From Salpingoeca rosetta (lineage: Eukaryota > Protista > Choanoflagellata): a stretch of 64,000 bases of DNA. The notes under the pieces are model-generated. The model had not been told where the DNA came from. It did not search any database and worked only from the letters and a program-made list of their open reading frames with translations. The stretch lies in the NCBI GenBank assembly GCA_033442325.1, contig JAWQFM010000017.1, forward strand, positions 163,454 through 227,453, written 5' to 3'. The position numbers and the translations under genes were made by a program. This document shows, one piece after another, positions 22,569 to 34,844 of the stretch. The stretch's first letter is position 1. Each line of letters opens with the position of its first letter.

Positions 22569-22810
22569 CGCAACGGACGACGGGGTGTGTGTGTGTGGAG
22601 TGCGTGTGCTGTGCGTGTCTGAAGTGGATGGCTGATCTTTGAGCTCGCTCGCTTGCTTGCTTGCTTGCTTGTTGGAGTTGAATGGGCTTGGTCTCTTGTC
22701 CCTCTAACTTTTTTTTTTCAGTGCACTGTGTCTTGGCCTTTTGACCTCAAGTCACACACACACACACACACACGCACACACACACACACACACACGCATA
22801 CACACACACA

Positions 22811-22917
<107 letters not shown>

Positions 22918-22949
22918 GCGCGCGCACAGATATTTTCAAGGAGAGAACA

Positions 22950-23038
22950 ATGATGACCGACGCCGTGCTGGTGGATCGGGATCAGCTGCGCCGTGAATCG
23001 GCCCGCTTGCTCCGAGAAACCGCCTCCCTCGGGTACGC

Positions 23039-23108
<70 letters not shown>

Positions 23109-23216
23109 TTGGGGTGGGTGTATTTATGTGGGGGGGGTGGGTTTGCACGTCCACATTGTGCGTGCGTTCTTCTCATGACTCTATTGCAACTTGCTCAATG
23201 TTTTGTCACCCGTGTA

Positions 23217-23260
<44 letters not shown>

Positions 23261-23283
23261 GTTGGTGAAGGGGACGGCTGGCG

Positions 23284-23324
<41 letters not shown>

Positions 23325-23804
23325 AAATGCGGGGGCGGCAAGCGCAAGAAGCAAAGCAGCACGCGTAAAGCTCGACCCGAAGGAGCGCTCGAAACGAAGC
23401 TTGAAGGCGGCGTTCTCCAAAGCCGGCATCCTCAGCCGACGGTCGCGAACCGCGTCCACCTCATCCACAACCGCAACTGCAACCGAAAGCAATGCTACAA
23501 CAGACCCTGCATCGACCTTGCTCTCCCTGGCCGCAGGCACCACCAAGTGCTGCTCTCGGAAAGACCTCAAGCGCATCACCCTCCAAAAGGTATTGGCGGT
23601 GTGACACGACGGGTGAACAGTGCAGGGAGAGGGCGAGGGACAACTGTCCGTCCTTGTGTGGTGGTGGTGTGTGTGTGTGTGTGGTTTGTGTTTGCGTGTG
23701 TGTGTGTGTGTGTGTGTTTGCGTGTGTGTGTGTGTGTGTGGTTTGTATTTGCGTGTGTGTGTATGTGTGTGCGACTGTGTTTGTCTGCGTGTCACACATG
23801 TGTC

Positions 23805-23843
<39 letters not shown>

Positions 23844-24173
23844 GTGTGTGTGTGCATGCATGCGCGACTATGTGTCTGTCTGCGTGTGTATCTGCGTGCA
23901 GCCATGCTAGTTGTTTGCTTGTCTCTGTTCACCCCATCCTCTGATGCTTCCATTCTCTCCCCACGCGACACCATGCACCATTTGCTTGCTTTGCACGACA
24001 GCTCTCGGAGCAACGCAAAGTCATGTTTGCTCAAGATGACGCTTACCGCCAACTCGGTACGCCACATACATGTACTCACATGCGCACACGCGCTGTTCGT
24101 GTCTCTGCATGCATGTATGCCACTTGACTTGCATTGACACCCACGTGCACTGACCCTCTCACACAACACCACC

Positions 24174-24221
<48 letters not shown>

Positions 24222-24233
24222 AACAACAACAAT

Positions 24234-24297
<64 letters not shown>

Positions 24298-26590
24298 GAT
24301 GAGGAAGACTTTGAGGATTCCATGCAGCATGAGGACAACGACGACGAAGACGATGATCAAGATGATGACAACCACGAGGACGACGAGGAAGAGGATGAGA
24401 CGGACGCTGAGGACGACGAGCAAGATGCGCAGCAGGAAGCCGACTGTGCTGATGGTGGCGATGACCACGGTGACGTTGATGCAGACCTTGCTGCCGTGGC
24501 AAACGCGCTCGCCCCCAACGCCAGCAAAGGCACCACGATGCCAAGCACGAGTGACAACACGACCACGAACGCTGTTGCTGCTACCAGCGACACCAACAAC
24601 AACGATGACGACTGGTCAGCGCTTGACCCGGAGATGCTGGAGTTGTGCTCGGGCCAATTTGAGACGCAAGCCGCACCCAAGGAGGACAACGACGATGACG
24701 CGACTGGCAGCAACGATGCCGCTGCCGGCGCCAAGAAGAAAGGGCAGAGCATCGTGGATGTGCTGTTGGGAAAGAAGGTGGAGAGCGAGGTGAAGGCCCC
24801 GACAACAGCGGGTATGCTAATGGACGGGATGGCGTTCAAGGCAGCGGGTGTCGGTGGCAGTGACAACAGCACCAAGGATGGTGCAGCACGCAATGAACCC
24901 CACGCGTCGTCAACATCGTCAACATCATCGTCATCATCGTGTGTGGGTGATGGGTGTGATGACCGCACGGCTGCGAGCACAGAGCGCGAGGCAACGCAGC
25001 ATGAGACCATCACGTCTACCACAGCCGTCACCGGCACGACCAGGCTTCGCGGGCGAGGTCGTGCACAGACCACCAACAACATCAATAATGACGACAACGA
25101 CGACGATGCCAGGCAGGAGATGGTGTCGCGTCGGAGTGCGGAGTACAGATTCAGCCCAGACCCAACGGAGGAGGGCGAGGACGACCACGGCCACGGCCTC
25201 AACGACAGCAACAACAGCATGTTTGGTGATGGCGCTGATGCAACGCAACTCGTTGATCCGTCTGATGATGATGATGATGACGATGATGATGGTGATGGTG
25301 ATGGTGAGCGGTGGGTGTCTGGCCAGGGCGGGCGCAGTGCACGTGCGCGCGGGTTCCTTGACGACGCCGCAGCTGACGACGACGATGATGATGACATGTT
25401 GGATATGGAGGGTGATGGTGATGAGGAGGAGTGCGAGGTTGGAGTCGGGGATGCACAGGAGGAGGCGCGGGCGGCGGCGAGAGAGGCAGAGCGGCTTGGT
25501 CTCTTTGATCACTGCAGGGAACAGCAGCATGGTGATGATGGTGATGATGTGGATGATTGCGACGATGCTGATGGTGACCTCACCCAATGTGGTGGTGACA
25601 CGCAGCCAACAACACAGCCAGACGGCAGCAACAATAACAACAGCAGCAGCAAGCCCGTGCCACGCACATCGTCATCATCATCGTCGTCTGCAGCAACAGC
25701 ATCGCTGCTTGGGCTGGTGCGCCAGCAGTCATCCAACCGCGGTCCGCTCACTGGCGAAGACAGCGTTGACGGGCGCGCGGCGAGTGATGACGAGCATGGC
25801 GAGTATGACGAGGAGGAGGAGAACAGGCTGCTGCAGCGCGCAGACTTTGCTGAGCACGTGACCGTTGCCCGCGTCGAGAGCAGCCAGCAGTCGGTACGTG
25901 TGAGGGATGGTGTGAGTGTTGCGTGTGGGTAAGTAAGTGGGTGTTGCGTTTGCTGTTTGTTGCGCTCATGCCCATGTCTGCTGTTGCGCGCCTTTTCCCG
26001 TGCATGTGGGTGTCCCGATTGCGTTTCTCACCGGTCTTTTTCCACTCGCGCCCCGTCGTCGCCACTTGCAGCTGTTTGACGACATCTTTGACGATTCGTC
26101 CAACTCGCAGCTGTCATTCACGCGCACCACATCGCGTACACGCTCGCGCGCTGGCTCCGTGTCAACGCGCTTCTCCCTGACGCGGTCGGACTCTCTCCTC
26201 CGCCGCTCGTCGCAGGACCTTGACTTGATCCGCACTTCAAAGTGCGCACGCACCAAGGTCCGCAACGTGTCTGTGTGTGGGGGGGGGGTGCCTGTGTGTG
26301 TCTGTGTCTATGTTTCGTGTGTGTCTGTGTGTGTCTGTGTCTGTGTCTGTGTGTGTGTGTGTGTCTGTGTGTTTATGTCAGAGGTGCCCATTTCAAAACA
26401 CATCCGGTGCTGTGTGCTCGCCTATCCATCTGCGTTCCTCATCCTCCAACGCTCATCACGATTACCCTGCATGCAGGCAACGACGGGAACAAGCAAAGTG
26501 TTTACGTTCAACGTTGGCGCCAAATCGCGCCGGAAGCAGAGCAACCCGCAGCGGCACGACCCGCCCCCAAAGCGCGGCAAGCGCCAGTGA
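22950..26590 (+). CDS. Claspin/Mrc1-like acidic replication checkpoint mediator, ~6 exons
   Basis: N-terminal [13 protein letters not shown] resembles the conserved Claspin/Mrc1 helix. Chk1-binding-type motif [13 protein letters not shown] at 24631-24669, acidic tracts and [10 protein letters not shown]. Exons join in frame through GT-AG sites and end PPPKRGKRQ*. Confidence 0.7.
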
Positions 26591-26599
26591 CGCACGCAC

Positions 26600-26721
<122 letters not shown>

Positions 26722-27220
26722 TGACTGTGTGAATGACTCACATAGAAGACACTATACATATATATACAGATTTCAACTTTCATGCCAATCAATGCGAAGC
26801 TCAAAAGTCCCCAAATAGCAAAAGGAAGAGCAAACGAGATATGGACAGGGCTAAGATCAATAGCGATAGTAACCAGTACACTCCAAAACAAGATAGAGAC
26901 AGTGTAGCTCACACTCAATTCAATGAAAGATAGAAGGGAAAAATTAAAATAAAAGAACACGTGTGAGAGAGATATAAGGAGGATGGAAAGTGAGAGAAAG
27001 AAAAGACGGTTATCCAGACAATACTGTCGACGAGCAAGGAGTGCAAGGTCTGGGGGAGGACGATGTCGAAAGGTGGTAATGATATCGCATGCGGCAAGAG
27101 CAAGTCAGAAAGATACGATAGTGACCTGGATGAGAGCCGAGATGGTGTAACGTTTCGCAAAGCAAACGGGACGAGGGGACATTGGGACACGCTGATATGA
27201 GAGTTAGGAGATATTCAGGG

Positions 27221-27320
27221 NNNNNNNNNNNNNNNNNNNNNNNNNNNNNNNNNNNNNNNNNNNNNNNNNNNNNNNNNNNNNNNNNNNNNNNNNNNNNNNN
27301 NNNNNNNNNNNNNNNNNNNN
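27221..27320. other. Assembly gap (100 N), probably hiding the 5' exons of MUTYH
   Basis: Run of N. MUTYH similarity starts just after it without an N-terminus. Confidence 1.
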
Positions 27321-27392
27321 TCTGCCCGTCTACTTGCCTGTGTGTGCATGTACGCTGCTCACACTCTACACACGTGTTGTTGTTGGTCGCAG

Positions 27393-28338
27393 GCTGGAGG
27401 ATAGACAACAGCGTGCATATGCGGTTTGGGTGTCTGAGATTATGCTGCAGCAAACGCAGGTCAAGACGGTGATTGACTACTACACACGCTGGATGGCCAA
27501 GTGGCCCACCCTAAAGGATCTGGCGCAGGCCACGCCCGACGATGTCCAGCAGATGTGGGCTGGCCTCGGATACTACTCCCGCGGCAGGCGACTGCTTCAA
27601 GGTGCGCATGAATGCGGCTGCGTTTGTGCTTGTTCGTGTGTCTCTGCGTGTGCGGCGTTGGGTGTGAGGATCAATATGAAGCACTGTCTCTGTTTCTGTC
27701 TGTCTATCTGTCTGTCTGTGCGTGTGTATGAAATTGTCTGTGTATGTGTCTGCGTGTGTGTGTCTGTCTGTGTCTGTGTCTGTGTCTGTATCCGTGTGTG
27801 TGTATCGCCACATCTCTGAGGTGAGACCTTCTCACCACGATGCACTGCTGTCACAACAGGTGCCAAACATGTGGAGGAGAAGCTGAACGGCAGAATACCA
27901 GAGGTGGGTGCGTGCTTGCATTGTAACGGCCATGTCGCCTGCAAGTGCATGGGCTGTAACTGTGAGTGTACGTGAGTACACGTGAGTGCACGTGAGTACA
28001 CGTGAGTGTACGTCCCTCCCCAACCCACACGGCACGCACGTACGCACGCATACACACACAAACATACACACACAGTTTCTCTCTCCACTTACACGGCACA
28101 CGCACACACGCACGCGCGCGCGAACTCCCTCCGCCCGCCTCGACCAATGATTTCAAACCACAGACGTACAAGGGACTGTTATCTGAGCTGCCGGGCGTTG
28201 GCCCATACACAGCGGCTGCCATTGCCTCCATCGCCTTTGGATGCGTTAAAGGCGTTGTTGACGGCAACGTGCTTCGCGTCCTCGCCCGTCTCCGTCGCAT
28301 CACCCAGCCCATCGACACCACCCCAGTGCAGAAGGTGC

Positions 28339-28377
<39 letters not shown>

Positions 28378-29538
28378 TGCTTGTCTGTCCTTCGTCTCTG
28401 TCTGTCTCTCTGTCTGTCTCTCTGTGACTGTGTCTGCGTGTCTGTCCTTCGTCTACGTCTGTCTCTCTGTCTGTCTCTCTGTGACTGTGTCTGCTTGTCT
28501 GTCCTTCGTCTCTGTCTGTCTCTCTGTCTGTCTCTCTGTGACTGTGTCTGCTTGTCTGTCCTTCGTCTCTGTCTGTCTCTCTGTCTGTCTCTCTGTGACT
28601 GTGTCTGCTTGTCTGTCCTTCGTCTCTGTCTGTCCCTCTGTCTGTCTCTCTGTGACTGTGTCTGCTTGTCTGTCCTTCGTCTCTGTCTGTCCCTCTGTCT
28701 GTCTCTCTGTGACTGTGTCTGCTTGTCTGTCCTTCGTCTCTGTCTGTCTCTCTGTCTGTCTCTCTGTGACTGTGTCTGCTTGTCTGTCCTTCGTCTCTGT
28801 CTGTCCCTCTGTCTGCACGACCTTCACTCACACACACATTGCCGTATCCCAACCCTTCCATCACACGCACGCACATGCACATGCACATGCACATGCACAT
28901 GCACACACACAGGCCATGCAGGCGCTATCTGATGCGCTGGTTGACCCGTCACGCCCCGGCGACTTCAATCAGGCTGTCATGGAGCTTGGTGCAACCACGT
29001 GCACGCCCAAGGCACCAAACTGCACTGCATGCCCGCTCGCGTCCCTCTGCCAGTCCCATCGCTTGCACGCGCGCGCAGCGACGGGGAAGACGGCTGTTGC
29101 CTCCGACCCCACCTGTAACCTGTGCTCCTCTCACGCCATCGCCGATATTGGTGGGCGTGTGGCGGGAGGGGCCTGTTGTGTGTCTTTGTCTGTTTGTCTG
29201 TTGATCTGTGTGTGTGTGTGTGTGTGTGTGTGTGGTGGGGGAGCTGTTGTGTGTTTGTCTGTTTATCTGGGTGTCTGCCTGCCTGCCTGCACGTCTGTCT
29301 GGGTGATTGCCGTGTGGTCCTTTGCGTTTGCGTCTGTTTCCCCTTGTACGTGTGCCGCTGCAAGCAATTGGTCATGTCTGCTGCTGCCTCCATCGCTCAT
29401 GGTTTTGCCTCAACACTGCCCACGCCGTTGCCTGGTGCAGCCACCACCGATCTTCCCCGCAAGAAACCAAAGAAACAGAGCCCTGTCATCGACTTGTGGT
29501 GTCTTCACATCCGCACGCAGCGCGACAAGGTTTTGCAT

Positions 29539-29609
<71 letters not shown>

Positions 29610-30700
29610 CTGTCTGTCTGTCTGTCTGTGTGTCTGTGTGTCTGTCTGTCTATGTCTGTGCATGTGTGTGCCTGTCTGTCTGTCTGTCTGTGCATGTGTG
29701 TGCCTGTCTGTCTGTCTGTCTGTCTGTCTCTCTATCTGTGTGTGCTTCGTCGCGTGTTTGCCCGGCATGTACTCCCTGAGATGTCGACAATCGAATCGTC
29801 ATTCATGCCATGTCACGCATGCCACATTCGTGTCCAGGTGTTGCTACTTCGCAACCCAGACACGGGTCTGCTGGCCAGTTCTTGGACGTTTCCCTGCGTT
29901 GCCCACACCGAGGTGCTTTTCCGGTGGACACGTGCTTGTTTGTGCGTGCATGCGTGCGCTACCGTTGTGTGTGTCTGCTCTCGTGCATGTCATCATGCGG
30001 GCATCGTTGCCCTTGTTGCAGCTTTTCCTTTCCCGCCAATGCCCTCACTCGCTTCATTCAAAGCTCAATCCCTCACTCGCTCATTCCCTCACTCCCTTCG
30101 CACTTTCCTCCCTTGCCTTCGCTCAACAGCATGCGACGCCACATGCTGCCGTGGGCACCCTGTTGCCGTCTGTAAAGAAAGCAGATGTTGTGCACACCAA
30201 CCATGTTGTTGAGCATGTGTTTTCGCACCGCAAGCACCGCTACCACGTGCTGCACGTGTCGTGTGGTGGCGATGACGAGGTCCGTTGCTCGGACGACCAC
30301 AACGATCGCTCGCAATGGGTGCACAAGACGCGCGTTGCTGCCACGCTCACAACCACCAACATGAAGAAGGTTTGCGCAAGCTTGACAAGTGTGATCATGA
30401 GCATGGCGCTCCCCTCAAAAAAAAAAACAGCTCACAGCTGTGCACACACACACACACACGCACACACACACACACGCACACACACACACACGCACACACA
30501 CACACGCACACACACACACACACATTCACACACACACACCATACACACGTCTTACGCAACCAACCCCTCCTCCCCTTACTACTTACTTACTACTCGCCTT
30601 GCAGGTTTGGGAGAAGGTCAAGGCGTGGCGCAAGAAACAGGGCGGAGGAATTGTGGCGGCACTCAAGCGCGCATCGTCAACACCCGCACCCAGGCCTTAG
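27393..30700 (+). CDS. MUTYH: A/G-specific adenine DNA glycosylase (5' end missing)
   Basis: [29 protein letters not shown], HhH motif [36 protein letters not shown], Fe-S motif [17 protein letters not shown], and NUDIX-like [10 protein letters not shown] and HVFSH. Confidence 0.96.
28374..28817. repeat. 57-bp minisatellite, ~8 copies, in a MUTYH intron
   Basis: Unit GTCTGCTTGTCTGTCCTTCGTCTCTGTCTGTCTCTCTGTCTGTCTCTCTGTGACTGT repeated head-to-tail. It appears as a 19-aa periodicity in the ORF track. Confidence 0.9.
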
Positions 30701-31124
30701 CTTGCTGCAGCTTTTGTGTGAGTGTGTGTGTGTGTGGCTGTTGTGCGTGTGTGTGTCTGTGTCTGTGTGTGCCCACCTGCCTGCCTTCACAATATGTGTA
30801 CACCTTCCTTTTGTTTGCCAGCTGCCTACGTCCTCGCAATAACTGCAACAACGCAACCAAGCGCATTCACGTCGCGAGTCGTTGTACATATCTGTTTGTG
30901 TGTGTTTACTTGGAGTGCTCACACGACACGAAAATAAGCACCCATCCACGTTGCACACGAAGCGGTATGAAGCCACGTCTCGACGAATCAAGCGTCAATC
31001 ACCCAACGTGGAGCAGATGAGCCCAGAACCACAACACCCACACAAACACAGTAGGGGTCCGCACCTCCTCCTCCCTCCTCCCCCTCCTTCTGTCTCGCAA
31101 TTCCGGTGTATGTGCGTGGACTGC

Positions 31125-31946
31125 TTAGTCCTCGAAGAGAAGCTCAACCTTGCCCTCGTCGCTGCACTCGGCCTCGACAAGGCGCTTGGGCGTGCCCCAC
31201 GCAAAGAGGGTTGGGATCGACTTGAGGCGGAACTTGTCGTGGGTGCGGAAGGCGTTGTTGGGGTCCTTCCAGGTCGTGCGGTCGCCCACCTTGCACACAA
31301 CCAGCACCACGTGGTCACCGCCGTGCTCCTTCAGCACCTTGTCCACCACGGGCTTGGCTGTCAAGCGAACGCAGGCACGCGCAGGAGGGGGGAGGGGGTG
31401 TGAGGGGTGGTATGTGTGGGGGAGAAGGAGTGACAAGCGCACGCATACATGCGGAAGAACGACAACATGCACGTGCTTGCCCAGGAGCATGCACACTGAC
31501 TCTTCGAAAGGCAGACACAAAGAGAATGCACTTACAAGCACGCATAGAGAAGCGCGCGCAAACACACAGCACACGCAGCACACACTCAAATAGCACTCAC
31601 TCACTCACTCACTCACTCACTCACTCACTCACTCACTCACTCACTCACTCACTCACTCACTCACTCACTCACTCACTCGCACACACACAGCACACACAGC
31701 ACACACACTAAAATAGCACTCACTCACTCACTCACTCACTCACTCACTCACTCACTCACTCACTCACTCACTCACTCACTCACACACAAAGCACACACCT
31801 GCAACGCAGTCTGGGCACCAGCTGGAGCCGGACTCGTCGTCGTCGCCCGTGCACAGGACCACTGCAAGCTTGCCGTCCTTCGTGGCTGCCTCAGCAGCCC
31901 CCAAGCACGCATCAACCGCGTTCACTTCAACCACCTTGTGCGCCAT
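31125..31946 (-). CDS. TXNDC17: Thioredoxin domain-containing protein 17 (TRP14), 2 exons
   Basis: MAHKVVEV...GSSWCPDCVA|AKPVV...VGDRTTWKDPNNAFR...LKSIPTLFAWGTPKRLVEAEC...LLFED*. WCPDC active site. Confidence 0.95.
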
Positions 31947-32323
31947 CCTCGTTGTCTTCCTTCTTTTGATGCCGCCAAATTCGAAAATGGTGGAGTGGGC
32001 AGAAAAGCACAGTCACAATGTCACCACACGCTCGCATCCGTGAAGCACAGTCACGTCAATCTGTCAATGTCACACTCGCATCGTCAGACCATGTGTCATC
32101 ACTTACCAAACTGTTGTGTCACACCCTCCTCCACACTCGTGTGCTCTTGTCTTTGTCGGCATTTTCCAAAGCAACGACTCCACGCTCAAGCACAGACAAG
32201 TGAGTTCCCGACCACGGCCGCACCAACAACGCACAGCACTTCACAACGCACATCAGAGCGACTACCAACCCCGTCCCAAAGGATCCTAAAGGAGCCGATT
32301 GAGCAGCCAAGAACGTCGCAGCA

Positions 32324-33463
32324 ATGTCCGATCCAAAACCAAGGAAGGTCGATGACGAGACCCCAGAGTTCACCCCAACACGCCGTGTGCAGCCAGGGCT
32401 CGTGGAAGAGAAGAATGTGAAGGACAAGCCCCGAGGCAAGGGCAAGACCAAGGGCAAGGCCAGAGATACAGAAGCGTACGACTCCGAGCGCGGCATTCAG
32501 CGTGTGCAGCAACTCGCCGCGGCGCTCGTGGAGGAGGCGGAGAAGCTTCAGCGTGGACAAAATGCGCTGGCGCAGGAGAAGGCAAACTGGGAAGCACAGG
32601 CCAGGAAGCTCGCTTCGTGCGTGGTCCCTAGATCAAGGGTACAAATCGATGTTGGAGGAACCGTGTTCACCACGTCCAAGCAGACGCTCACCAAGTTTGC
32701 CAACAGCTTCTTCGCCAGCATGTTCAGTGGCCGCCACGAGCTGCAGCCCGAGGATGACGGCTCCTTCTTCGTCGACCGCGACCCTTTCGTGTTTCGCCAC
32801 GTCCTCAACTTCATGCGCGGACAGCCACCACAACTGGAAGAGCTGAGTGATGTTGAACTCAAAGCCCTCAAGCAAGACGCACAGTTCTACCAGCTGCCAG
32901 AGCTGCTGGAGGCCCTCACGCCACCGGAGCCGATGCTTGCGCTGCCATCGTGTAAGTTTACATCAGGCAACAACTACACCCTGAACACTGAACGCGACAC
33001 AGTGACAAAGACTGGCGGTGACAATGGCTGGAACACGAACGCCCTCGGTGAAGCGATTCCGTCAACAGGGGCCACGACCATTCGCTTCACGATCATGCAA
33101 ACAAATGGCCCTAACAGCAACATCATGCTTGGCATCGTCCCATCCTCCTTCAACCGAAACGGCATCAACATGTTCAATAAGTGTGGGTGGCATTTTCACT
33201 GTGCCAACAGTCATCGCCATTCTGGCCCACCCAACAATCACCGAAACCAACCTTACGCACCAACGGGGCGGCTGGAAGGTGAAGATGTCGTCGACATGGT
33301 GGTGGATCGCAACGCTCGCGCCATTTCGTTCATCGTCAACGGAAACAACGCTGGCGTGGCGTACCAGAACGTCTTCCAAGCAACCGATGAGCTCGTTCCT
33401 TGCGTCATCCTGCACCGCCAAAACCATAGCGTTCGCATGGAACTACTCAGCCACACGCCGTGA
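32324..33463 (+). CDS. KCTD-type BTB/POZ plus B30.2/SPRY-like protein, single exon
   Basis: Coiled coil, then T1-type BTB VQIDVGGTVFTTSKQTL...FFASMFSG...FFVDRDPFVFRHVLNFMR...AQFYQL, then SPRY-like NIMLGIV...GEDVVDMVVD...ISFIVNGNNAGVAY...LVPCVIL. Confidence 0.85.
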   Translation: MSDPKPRKVDDETPEFTPTRRVQPGLVEEKNVKDKPRGKGKTKGKARDTEAYDSERGIQRVQQLAAALVEEAEKLQRGQNALAQEKANWEAQARKLASCVVPRSRVQIDVGGTVFTTSKQTLTKFANSFFASMFSGRHELQPEDDGSFFVDRDPFVFRHVLNFMRGQPPQLEELSDVELKALKQDAQFYQLPELLEALTPPEPMLALPSCKFTSGNNYTLNTERDTVTKTGGDNGWNTNALGEAIPSTGATTIRFTIMQTNGPNSNIMLGIVPSSFNRNGINMFNKCGWHFHCANSHRHSGPPNNHRNQPYAPTGRLEGEDVVDMVVDRNARAISFIVNGNNAGVAYQNVFQATDELVPCVILHRQNHSVRMELLSHTP

Positions 33464-34127
33464 AGAAGAACAAGATTTGTGCATGTGCATCTCTCCCCTC
33501 CGACACACACACATCAACACGCACACCATATTGCATGGTTTCTTGGCGCATGCGCATCCCTTAGCCTTCTGCATCAACGGCCAATCACGCGTTCTTTCCT
33601 TCTTTCCTTCGTTCATTTTGCAACCCCCCCCCCCTTGCTCCATCCCCACCTTTGCGCTTCCTTTCTTTGCCATGAACTCTCGGTCCAACCCCTCAATGAA
33701 CAACCACAATCAACACTGCTTTGCCAATGACATGCCGCACTCCTGCACTCGCTGATACTCAGCCATCGCCGCCAACATGCTGGCATGAAGGACTGACCAA
33801 AGCAGCAAACACACAAACAAAGCAACCCCCGCACTGTCATCTGTACGCGACTGATGTCAGTGCTGCAAAAACTTCGTGGTCAATCCACTCCCCGCCCCTT
33901 TGTGTTGTCCCCCCTTGCTTGGTGAAAAGATTCCATACCTACCAGCGCCTTTACTGTTTCTTGCTGGCTGGTTGTCATCACTTTTCGCACGCAAGCCAGT
34001 AGACCCCACCCTACTGCTGCTGTATTCTGACCCTGTTCTGACCCTGTACCCCCCCCCTTCCCTCCCGCACACACACAAGAAAGGGAGCAGCGAGGTACAG
34101 CCTGCAACCCCCACCCTACCAGGCAGT

Positions 34128-34810
34128 ATGACGCGCGCTGCCCTCGTCCTCGCGCTCATCGCGCTGCTTGGCGCTTGCGCTTCAGGTGAGCCTACTAACT
34201 ACCAACGCGCATGCTGCAGGTCATCTCCTTTCCCCCTCTCCTCTACTGTCTCCGAAATGGCGCCCTTTCTGTCCCACTGTCCGCTGTGAAAGTCGAAGCT
34301 GTGGTGCCACCTGTTCCCGCCACCACATGTACCTGTGGAGGCGAGTGCTTACTCTCATTGCTCTTTCTCCCTGCTGCCCTGTCTCTCATACTCCTTTGTT
34401 CCCCGTCCCACCAGCCTTTAACATCCAGGACACGAAAGTGACAGTGACTGAAAGCGATCGCGCCGTGTACATCAACGTTGACCCATCCTCCACTGGCGAA
34501 ATTGTCACCTTCCGCACCAGCGATGTCTCTGCCTCCTCTGACACCTCGGGTTGGTCGCACGTGCGTGTGCATGTGAATGTGTGTGTGTGTGTGAATGTGT
34601 GTATGTGCATGTTCGTGAGTGAATTTCTACTTGCGTTGTGTGAGACGTCCACACACACACACACACACACACTCACACACACACCTCACAACGCACACTC
34701 ACACACAACACAAACACACACATCTCACAACGCACACACACACACCTCACAACACAACACACTACAATCCCCACCCCACCTCACAACACAACACACACAC
34801 ACATCACACA

Positions 34811-34844
<34 letters not shown>

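Noticed and set aside
23271-23590. Apparent frameshift in the Claspin-like gene (poly-Asp or poly-Arg frames)
   Set aside because: Splice phase selects the poly-Thr frame, which stays open to the donor after 23590.
26731-27220. A-rich, compositionally foreign segment suggesting an insertion or horizontal transfer
   Set aside because: It follows a long (GT)n run and abuts a gap, with no credible ORF or terminal repeats. It is most likely a low-quality read tail; contamination cannot be excluded.
28374-28817. Regular repeat array resembling CRISPR
   Set aside because: The 57-bp units are head-to-tail with no unique spacers, lie in an intron of a eukaryotic gene, and have no cas genes nearby.
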